Under the pieces are notes generated by a model, which was not told the DNA's origin, searched no databases, and saw nothing but the letters and a program-made list of their open reading frames with translations. A stretch of DNA of 44,377 bases from Octopus bimaculoides (lineage: Eukaryota). Position numbers and translations under genes: made by a program. Below are positions 35,161 through 44,377 of this stretch, piece by piece (the first letter of the stretch is position 1; each line of letters starts with the position of its first letter). The stretch lies in NCBI RefSeq assembly GCF_001194135.2, contig NC_068997.1, positions 46,952,726-46,997,102 on the forward strand, written 5' to 3'.

Positions 35161-35652
35161 TATCGACTTGCCTAACTTACTTATTCTTACAGTAAACCCT
35201 TACATTTACTTCTAATATATATATATATATATATATAATTGCGAACTAGCCACCCATATTTCTAATCTTCACTTTTACGGTTTATGAAACCAGCGTATGA
35301 TTTAAACGGAAATCTTATAAGCTGACAAGGCGAGATGAGTTTAACCCTAGGCCAGGGAGAGTCACCACTGAGCATTAAAATGCGTTAAGTATCAAAAGAC
35401 GAAATCATCGATGATCTAGGTATATCTACGACCGTAGGGAGCTTGTCTCCCTTGTAGGTTCATTAAGATAGTACTTCTGTAGCTATTGGGTAGTTTTGAC
35501 TCTTATTTCTAGTAATATTGGTGCTGATTAGCACACTTCGTTCACTTTAGTGATGTATATATATATATATATATAATATACTGTTTTTTCTAGATATTTT
35601 GACTTTTCTCATTTACTCCTGTCTTTTCCATCCAGTAAGTGAGCTTTATGCT

Positions 35653-35910
35653 TATTGTACTCGCGGCCCCTACAACAAGACGTAAAACACTCACCTTCTC
35701 TAGTGACAGCAGTCTTTCTACTTCTTACATCAAATCATATCACACCTACTTCATTTCTCTTTTCTATACTCTCTTATCATCAAGACATGCCATATCTATG
35801 GTCTAACTGGCTTTTCTTTCATCATTCACATCTAGTACCATGTCCGGTTTTCGATATTCAATTTCACCATCCTATTAAACCATTATTTCTCTATCTTTAT
35901 TGTGGTTGGT
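35653..35910 (-). pseudogene. R4/Dong-like RLE domain fragment
   Basis: Minus frame DGEIEYRKPDMVLDVNDERKAS*TIDMACLDDKRV*..EVERLLSLEKVSVLRLVVGAASTI; paralog of 37600-37850. Confidence 0.8.
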
Positions 35911-36905
35911 GTAGAGAATTTGCTGACGTCATCCTACAGGGAATGGGATATGGGCAGTTCCACACACATATATATTTACGGTATGTATAAATCCCTGCGT
36001 GCTATAAAATACAATGTATATTATATCACACAATATAGAATACTAAAAAAATGTAGAGAGACATGAATATTCCTACCTACTTGCATACCAACATACCAGC
36101 CTTTCACCTACGTACGTACGTACCTACCTATATACCTACCTACCTACCTACATACATACATGCATATATACACACAGAGCTACCAATTGACGCTGTCAAA
36201 ATCCCAATGAAGAGGTTTTGTTTCTGTGTTAGAAATAGTCTCCATCGTTGAGAAAATTAACAGATAAAAGCTGAAAAATCAGGTTTACGAAGGTAACAAC
36301 TTTGTTATGTTTCCTTGAGGCAAATATATGTTAAACGAGATCTGGTACAAGACAATACAAAACAGTGAATTTATTCTGTACAAAATACTTAAAGGAAGAA
36401 CTGTATTAACTGGAACAATTATAAGAGATTACCATGAAGCGAAGACGGCCAACAAGAATAGATTTTGCAGAAGGCATGAAAAAGAATTCAAGTGACCTTT
36501 AAGTTTAGTTTGGGAGAAGAGAAAAATAACTCGAGAGTTCTTAGAATGTAGAAATTGTCTTTAACAAGAAAATAATGTAACGATGTTTTTTTTAAAAGTT
36601 TATTATAGGAAGACAAAAGACAGAATATCTTCATGTATTAGTGAATTAGTGTTTTAGTATGTATGTATGTAGAGAGAGAGAGAGAGAGAGAGAGACACGC
36701 ATATATATATNNNNNNNNNNNNNNNNNNNNNNNNNNNNNNNNNNNNNNNNNNNNNNNNNNNNNNNNNNNNNNNNNNNNNNNNNNNNNNNNNNNNNNNNNN
36801 NNNNNNNNNNNNNNNNNNNNNNNNNNNNNNNNNNNNNNNNNNNNNNNNNNNNNNNNNNNNNNNNNNNNNNNNNNNNNNNNNNNNNNNNNNNNNNTATATA
36901 TATCC

Positions 36906-36959
<54 letters not shown>

Positions 36960-37244
36960 ACATACATACATACATAAATACATACATAATGCGCACACAG
37001 ACATTACTGTGTGTTTATAAGTATGCACGTGGGTGTGTATGTATGAGCGTGTGTGTATGGGAGAGAGAGAGAGAGTGAGTGAGAGCGAGAGAGAGAGAAT
37101 CTTATTTCAATGCAGTAACTATAAGAGCATCACAGCAAACCACAGCACATACCCAAGGCAGCCATGATGGGTATATTGGGCTTTGCATATTTGTAACTCA
37201 GTGTCACTTAGATGGCATGCGCTGCTCTCTCACTCAATGATAAT

Positions 37245-37433
37245 ATTATTCGGGGGAAGGCGTAAGTCGATTGCATCGACCTCTGTGATCGCTTACTATT
37301 TATTTTTATCGACCCCGAAAGGGTGAAAAGGGAAATCGACCTTGGCGGAATTTGAACTCAGAACACGAAGACGAATGATATACCCACTAAACGTTTTGCT
37401 CGGAGTGCTAATGATTCTGCCAGCTCGCCACCT
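37245..37433 (-). mobile_element. Family A SINE
   Basis: cgaccccgaaagggtgaaaagg..ggcggaatttgaactcagaac..gccagctcgcc. Confidence 0.88.
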
Positions 37434-37517
37434 AAATAATAATAGCAACAACAAAAATACCAACAAAAACAATAACAACAACAACAAAAACAACAACAAC
37501 AACAATAATAATGATAA

Positions 37518-38175
37518 TTTCATTGGGGGCTGCATGTTAAGTACGGATTACAAAATTGGTAAATCCCAAAAGGGGTAATGGAGAATGACAAGTTGAAGAA
37601 ACAATGAAGCAATATGATCGTGAAATTGAATATCGAAAGCCGGATGTGTTTGTTGCTGTGAATAAAGAGGGAAAAACCGGTTTGACCTCAGATATTGCAT
37701 GTCCCGATGATTAGAAAGTATACGAAAGAGATGTAGTGAAACAGATGCGTTACGTTGATTTGAAGTGGGAGATAAAAAGACTGTAGCCATTGAAGAAGAC
37801 GAGTGTCATACTTGTTGCTGTTGGAGTCCTGGATACTATAAGTACCAGGCTCACAAACAGGTTTAAAAAGATAGAGGTAAATGTTAAGATGGAACACCTC
37901 CAGAAGACAGTGTTGTATGGAAAAAACAAGGATCATCAGCAGGATTCTCGAAATATGAACGGAAAAGAGTATGATTTTGGTCCTCTGGTTGTGGACATCT
38001 GGCACTTTGTTACATTTCTCACCGAAGTTTCTGTGGAGTCGAAACTGTGCTGGAGTCGAAGAATTGTAAGATTATGCGGGGCTTTCTTATTCAAACGGAC
38101 AAGAAACTAGAAAATGATAGACCCGAAGTTGCCTACTAATTGATCCATCATGTCCGTATGATGCAAAAGAGGTTG
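37518..38175 (+). pseudogene. R4/Dong-like 3' end (RLE-A plus 3' UTR) fused to a second RLE fragment (RLE-B); unit 1
   Basis: HWGLHVKYGLQNW*IPKGVMEND../EIEYRKPDVFVAVNKEGK..DIACPDD..LKWEIKRL..VGVLDTIS..LQKTVLYG/KTRIISRILEI* (stop 37956-37958), then ETVLESKNCKI..FLIQTDKKLENDRP. Confidence 0.88.
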
Positions 38176-38234
38176 GTTGCTACCTAGCTCAGGTACCGGG
38201 ACACCCCAAAATGGCAGAAATTCAAAATATAGTG

Positions 38235-38305
38235 CTCGGCGGAATTTGAACTCAGAGTATAAAGATGGACGAAATAGCCACCAAGCATTTCGCCCGGCAT
38301 GCTCG
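38235..38305 (-). mobile_element. Family A SINE fragment
   Basis: ctcggcggaatttgaactcag..agcatttcgcccggcatgct. Confidence 0.8.
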
Positions 38306-38574
38306 TCGCTTTAATAACAAGAAGAAGGAGAAAAAGAAGAAGAAGAAGAAGAAGAAGAAGAAGAAGAAGAAGAAGAAGAAGAANNNNNNNNNNAATAGCA
38401 AGAAGAAGGAGAAAAAGAAGAAGAAGAAGAAGAAGAAGAAGAAGAAGAAGAAGAAGAAGAAGAACGACAACAACAACAACAACAGCAACAACGACAACAA
38501 TAATAATAATAATAATAATAATAATAAGAAGAAGAATGTCAACAACAATAATAATAATAAGACTGTTAATGATA

Positions 38575-39166
38575 ATTTCAGTGGGGGTACATGGTAAGTA
38601 TAGATTGAAGATGTGTAAATTTGAGAAGGAGCAATGGAGAATGACAAGATAAAGAAACAATGAGGCAATATGATCGTGAAATTGAATATCGAAAGCCGAA
38701 TGTGTTTGTTGCTGTGAATAAAGAGGGGAAAACCGGTTTGACATCAGATATTACATGCCCCGATGATTAGAAAGTATAGGAAAGAGATGTAGTGAAACAG
38801 ATGCGTTACGTTGATTTGAAGTGGGAGATAAAAAGACAGCGGCCATTCAAGAAGATGAGTGTCATACCTGTTGCTGTTGGAGTCCTGGATACTATAAGTA
38901 CCAGGCTCATAAACAGGTTTGAAAAGATAGCGGTAAATGTAAAGATGGAGCACCTCCAGAAGACAGTGTTGTATGGAAAAAACAAGGATCATCAGCAGGG
39001 TTCTCGAAATATGAACGGAAAAGAGTATGATTTTGGTCCTCTGGTTATGGACATCTGGCACTTTGTTACATTTCTCACCGAAGTTTCTGTAGGGTCGAAA
39101 CTGTGATGGAGTCAAAGAATTACAGTATTCTGTTGGACTTTCTTATTCAAACGGACAAGAAACTAG
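38575..39166 (+). pseudogene. R4/Dong-like RLE-A+B chimera, unit 2
   Basis: Highly similar (roughly 90% by eye) to 37518-38140; truncated by gap. Confidence 0.88.
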
Positions 39167-40141
39167 NNNNNNNNNNNNNNNNNNNNNNNNNNNNNNNNNN
39201 NNNNNNNNNNNNNNNNNNNNNNNNNNNNNNNNNNNNNNNNNNNNNNNNNNNNNNNNNNNNNNNNNNNNNNNNNNNNNNNNNNNNNNNNNNNNNNNNNNNN
39301 NNNNNNNNNNNNNNNNNNNNNNNNNNNNNNNNNNNNNNNNNNNNNNNNNNNNNNNNNNNNNNNNNNNNNNNNNNNNNNNNNNNNNNNNNNNNNNNNNNNN
39401 NNNNNNNNNNNNNNNNNNNNNNNNNNNNNNNNNNNNNNNNNNNNNNNNNNNNNNNNNNNNNNNNNNNNNNNNNNNNNNNNNNNNNNNNNNNNNNNNNNNN
39501 NNNNNNNNNNNNNNNNNNNNNNNNNNNNNNNNNNNNNNNNNNNNNNNNNNNNNNNNNNNNNNNNNNNNNNNNNNNNNNNNNNNNNNNNNNNNNNNNNNNN
39601 NNNNNNNNNNNNNNNNNNNNNNNNNNNNNNNNNNNNNNNNNNNNNNNNNNNNNNNNNNNNNNNNNNNNNNNNNNNNNNNNNNNNNNNNNNNNNNNNNNNN
39701 NNNNNNNNNNNNNNNNNNNNNNNNNNNNNNNNNNNNNNNNNNNNNNNNNNNNNNNNNNNNNNNNNNNNNNNNNNNNNNNNNNNNNNNNNNNNNNNNNNNN
39801 NNNNNNNNNNNNNNNNNNNNNNNNNNNNNNNNNNNNNNNNNNNNNNNNNNNNNNNNNNNNNNNNNNNNNNNNNNNNNNNNNNNNNNNNNNNNNNNNNNNN
39901 NNNNNNNNNNNNNNNNNNNNNNNNNNNNNNNNNNNNNNNNNNNNNNNNNNNNNNNNNNNNNNNNNNNNNNNNNNNNNNNNNNNNNNNNNNNNNNNNNNNN
40001 NNNNNNNNNNNNNNNNNNNNNNNNNNNNNNNNNNNNNNNNNNNNNNNNNNNNNNNNNNNNNNNNNNNNNNNNNNNNNNNNNNNNNNNNNNNNNNNNNNNN
40101 NNNNNNNNNNNNNNNNNNNNNNNNNNNNNNNNNNNNNNNNN

Positions 40142-40725
40142 AGTGTCATACCTGTTGCTGTTGGAGTCCTGGATACTATAAGTACCAGGCTCATAAACAG
40201 GTTTGAAAAGATAGCGGTAAATGTAAAGATGGAGCACCTCCAGAAGACAGTGTTGTATGGAAAAAACAAGGATCATCAGCAGGGTTCTCGAAATATGAAC
40301 GGAAAAGAGTATGATTTTGGTCCTCTGGTTATGGACATCTGGCACTTTGTTACATTTCTCACCGAAGTTTCTGTAGGGTCGAAACTGTGATGGAGTCAAA
40401 GAATTACAGTATTCTGTTGGACTTTCTTATTCAAACGGACAAGAAACTAGAAAACGATAGACCCGACGTAACAAAAATCGACAAGGAAAAGCGAAGTTGC
40501 CTACTAATTGATTCATCATGTCCGTTTGATTCCAGAATTGTAAAGAAAGAAGGCAAAGTAAAAAAGAAACAACAATACCTTAAAATTTGAAATTGCAGAA
40601 ATTTGGTATATGAAAATTATAAACGTTGTGCGTATAATAATTGGTGCATTGGAAACCGTAAGCAAAAATGTAGAGAAATGGTTGTTGAAGGAAATTGAAA
40701 TCGAATGCTCTGTAGAGTGTTTCAC
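40142..40725 (+). pseudogene. R4/Dong-like RLE-A+B chimera, unit 3, with extended RLE-B
   Basis: 40142-40450 appears identical to 38858-39166; continues LLDFLIQTDKKLENDRPDVTKIDKEKRSCLLIDSSCPFDSRIVKKE..IIIGALETVSKNVEKW..IECSVE. Confidence 0.85.
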
Positions 40726-40726
40726 T

Positions 40727-40835
40727 GGTACTTAATCTGTCGACCCTGAAAGGATGGAAGGCAAAGTCGACTGGAATTTGAACTCAGGACATTAGGAAGG
40801 AGGAATGCCACTAACCATTTCGCCCAGCGTACTAA
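40727..40835 (-). mobile_element. Family A SINE fragment
   Basis: ctggtacttaatctgtcgaccctgaaaggatggaaggcaaagtcgac..ggaatttgaactcag. Confidence 0.85.
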
Positions 40836-40935
40836 CACACACGCACAGACACACACAAACATGCAAACACGCGCACATGCACACGCACGCACACACACAC
40901 ACACACATACACACACACACACACGCATGTCAGTT

Positions 40936-41056
40936 ACAGTTTCCGCCTGCCAACTACCACCCTCAATGGATTGATCAACCCGAAGCTACGCTAGACAGCG
41001 GGATCGATCCCAGATCCCAGCGGTTGCCAAACTAACATTCTAACCACACAGCCATA
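40936..41056 (-). mobile_element. Family D SINE, diverged
   Basis: cagtttccgcctgccaa..aacccgaagcta..taaccacacagcca resembles the reverse complement of 33223-33371. Confidence 0.65.
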
Positions 41057-41304
41057 CATGAACTGTTGTCGCTGCTCCTGCTGTCGCTACTGCAGCCTTC
41101 GTTGCCGTTCGTATTAGGATATATTTACTATGTGGCCTTCCTCCATCGTCGTCAGGATTATATTTAGATGATTATATCTTTTTGGTTTGCTTCGGCAATT
41201 TAAAGTTTATTTTAGTAAAAATTGGAGCGGAGGAAACAAATAGAATTATCTCTCGATTGAAAGACAATTGAGTCTCCTTAATCTATATCTCAAAGATTAA
41301 CAAG

Positions 41305-42170
41305 AGTGTGTATGTAAGTACGTGCGTATGTGTGTGTATAAGTGTGTATATAGATATGTATGTGTGCATGTAGATATGCATGTATGTATGTGTGTGACTG
41401 TGTGTCAGTGTATATGTGTTTATGTGCGTATAGGTGTATATATGTACATATGTGTATAGGTGTATATGTATGTATAGGTGCGTTTTTGTATGACATCTAT
41501 ATGCATACGTGTGTATATGTGTGAATGTGTATGTGTGTATGTATGTGGATATATGTGTGTATGCGTCTGTATGCGTACATATGCCTATATGTGTGTGTAT
41601 ATGTACGTATGTGTGTGTATGTGCGGATATGTGAGCAAATATGTGTGTATATGTATGTAGATGTGTGTATATATGGATCTCTATGTGGATATGTGTGTGG
41701 AAGAGCGTTAATGTGTATGTGTATGTGTGTGGAAGAGCGTTAATGTGTATGTGTATGTGTGTATCCCTGTATGTCAGTGGATGCGTGTATGAGTGTGCAT
41801 GTGTGTGTTTGTGTTTGTGTGTGTGATTCCATATATGTGTGTGTGTGCGTGCGTGTATGTGGGGATGTGTGTGCTTGTTTGTGTGCGTGTGTTTGTGTGT
41901 GTGCATGTATATGGGGATGTGNNNNNNNNNNNNNNNNNNNNNNNNNNNNNNNNNNNNNNNNNNNNNNNNNNNNNNNNNNNNNNNNNNNNNNNNNNNNNNN
42001 NNNNNNNNNNNNNNNNNNNNNGCTTGTTTGTGTGCGTGTGTTTGTGTGTGTGCATGTATATGGGGATGTGTGTACTTGTGTGTGTGTGTTTGTGTTTGTG
42101 TGTGTGTGTGTGTATGTATGTATGTGATGTGTGCGTGTGTATGCGCGTGCGCACGTAGTATGTATATATG
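41305..42170. repeat. Cryptic (TG/TATG)n array with local 32-bp tandem duplication
   Basis: gtgtgtggaagagcgttaatgtgtatgtgtat occurs twice around 41693-41760. Confidence 0.9.
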
Positions 42171-42508
42171 TAAGTCTACATATCTAAGCTTGTGAAAAAG
42201 CGAATCTTTGCCGTTCTTGCTGCACTTTTTGTTGTTGTTGTTGTTGTTGTTGTTTCTTGTAGTCTTTGCCGTTGGTGTTATTCTTCTTGTTCACGTTATT
42301 GCCGTTGTTGTTGTTGTTGTTGTTATCTGTGTATCTTCCATAATTATTTCTGCATTCTCAGCATTTCGGTGTGAACAGCGATCACGTGGTGCCGACACCA
42401 GAAGCCAGCCAACATTATTTCCAGATTTCCCCCAAGAGTCTCAGCATATCTGATTTACCTCTTGCTGTTTACTCTTTTCCCCACCGCACCACCACCACCA
42501 CCACCACC

Positions 42509-42542
<34 letters not shown>

Positions 42543-43529
42543 TCATCATCGCCATCATCACCATTATCATCGTCGTCATCATCATCAGCATCATNNNNNN
42601 NNNNNNNNNNNNNNNNNNNNNNNNNNNNNNNNNNNNNNNNNNNNNNNNNNNNNNNNNNNNNNNNNNNNNNNNNNNNNNNNNNNNNNNNNNNNNNNNNNNN
42701 NNNNNNNNNNNNNNNNNNNNNNNNNNNNNNNNNNNNNNNNNNNNNNNNNNNNNNNNNNNNNNNNNNNNNNNNNNNNNNNNNNNNNNNNNNNNNNNNNNNN
42801 NNNNNNNNNNNNNNNNNNNNNNNNNNNNNNNNNNNNNNNNNNNNNNNNNNNNNNNNNNNNNNNNNNNNNNNNNNNNNNNNNNNNNNNNNNNNNNNNNNNN
42901 NNNNNNNNNNNNNNNNNNNNNNNNNNNNNNNNNNNNNNNNNNNNNNNNNNNNNNNNNNNNNNNNNNNNNNNNNNNNNNNNNNNNNNNNNNNNNNNNNNNN
43001 NNNNNNNNNNNNNNNNNNNNNNNNNNNNNNNNNNNNNNNNNNNNNNNNNNNNNNNNNNNNNNNNNNNNNNNNNNNNNNNNNNNNNNNNNNNNNNNNNNNN
43101 NNNNNNNNNNNNNNNNNNNNNNNNNNNNNNNNNNNNNNNNNNNNNNNNNNNNNNNNNNNNNNNNNNNNNNNNNNNNNNNNNNNNNNNNNNNNNNNNNNNN
43201 NNNNNNNNNNNNNNNNNNNNNNNNNNNNNNNNNNNNNNNNNNNNNNNNNNNNNNNNNNNNNNNNNNNNNNNNNNNNNNNNNNNNNNNNNNNNNNNNNNNN
43301 NNNNNNNNNNNNNNNNNNNNNNNNNNNNNNNNNNNNNNNNNNNNNNNNNNNNNNNNNNNNNNNNNNNNNNNNNNNNNNNNNNNNNNNNNNNNNNNNNNNN
43401 NNNNNNNNNNNNNNNNNNNNNNNNNNNNNAACCACCATCACCACTACCACCACTACAATTATCATCATCATCACCACCCTCATGAGTTTCGTGTTTCGAT
43501 TCCTTCTAGCAAGATTCACGCCTCTCACA

Positions 43530-43969
43530 CTCACACATTTTCACAACTGCACTTACATATACACATACATTCCCCGAACGTAAACAGAACTCTCACCCAC
43601 ACAAGCTCTCTCCCCACACAAGCTCTCTCCCCACACTCTCCCTCTCCCTCTCTACTCTCCCCCTCTCTCTCTCTTTCTCTTACACACACACACACACATA
43701 TACGCTCACCTGAATTTCTAACTAATCACAAATTCATTCATACACACAGACACACACACACACGCCGAAGTACATAAACATATTAAACATATATATGCAT
43801 GCACATAAACATATATATGCATGGACATGTATACACGCTGCTCATTTGCCTAACCATTCACAGATGCATTTTCATACAACCATCCACACACACACACACA
43901 CACATACACACACACACACACAAGTGCAGACATACACATACATACATATACACACATGCGCACAAACAG

Positions 43970-44010
<41 letters not shown>

Positions 44011-44224
44011 AACACGCACGCAAACACACGTAAGCATGTACGTATGCATACACGTATACATGCTGCACACGTGTATACATACACACACATAAATGTTTAA
44101 TTGAGGATGAAAATTTAAAGCGAGTTCGAGAATAAGAAAGGAACTTTTAATGATGCGGTGGATGGGGAGAATCATTACAGAAAGTAGATTCAAATTTATT
44201 TTGACATGGGGCTAACCATGGAGC

Positions 44225-44279
<55 letters not shown>

Positions 44280-44280
44280 C
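43530..44280. repeat. (CA/CT/CATA)n low-complexity tract
   Basis: Direct inspection. Confidence 0.9.
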
Positions 44281-44377
44281 ATAAACATAGGTGTATACAC
44301 AAGATATTAAAATACGAATGAAGAATTGTACAGTCTCAAAAGCTTGTTAGTTACAGTAATATGTAATCATTTTAAGG

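Noticed and set aside
36190-36560. Possible CATA-family UTR block and Dong ORF N-terminal remnant
   Set aside because: Similarity is too weak to call by eye.
38310-38465. Duplicated aat(a/g)caagaagaaggagaaaaag(aag)n on both sides of a 10-N gap; likewise 41860-41921 vs 42022-42070
   Set aside because: Typical haplotype or overlap artefact at small gaps.
38858-40450. Apparently identical 309-bp segments flanking the 975-N gap as proof of a third tandem unit
   Set aside because: Cannot be distinguished from an assembly echo without reads.

Overview
This is repeat-saturated eukaryotic (animal) DNA from a gappy draft assembly: 18 N-gaps totalling about 7.3 kb, or roughly 16% of the window. The SINE families and microsatellite density strongly resemble an octopus/cephalopod genome (inference from recognition, not a database hit). 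I find no convincing host protein-coding gene, rRNA, true tRNA gene or CRISPR array. Nearly all ORFs in the supplied track are translations of microsatellites or N runs. What is supportable: (i) at least five tRNA-derived or SINE-like families; (ii) decayed R2-superfamily (restriction-like endonuclease, RLE) non-LTR retrotransposons of two kinds, an R4/Dong-like group next to (TAA)/(AAC) repeats and a group ending in ...GTVKICKTF embedded in (CATA)n; (iii) remnants of a pogo transposase and a Helitron helicase; (iv) hAT- and piggyBac-like MITEs; (v) several long inverted repeats. The most interesting signals are minimal type-I hammerhead-ribozyme-like motifs with palindromic stem III (28490-28536 +, 19141-19177 -, weaker ones at 27677 and 28926). 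Three of these sit inside a ~2 kb inverted-repeat structure (27296-29345). Each motif deviates from the canonical core, so activity is unproven. Alignments and translations were done by eye, and boundaries are approximate unless a TSD or stem is quoted.
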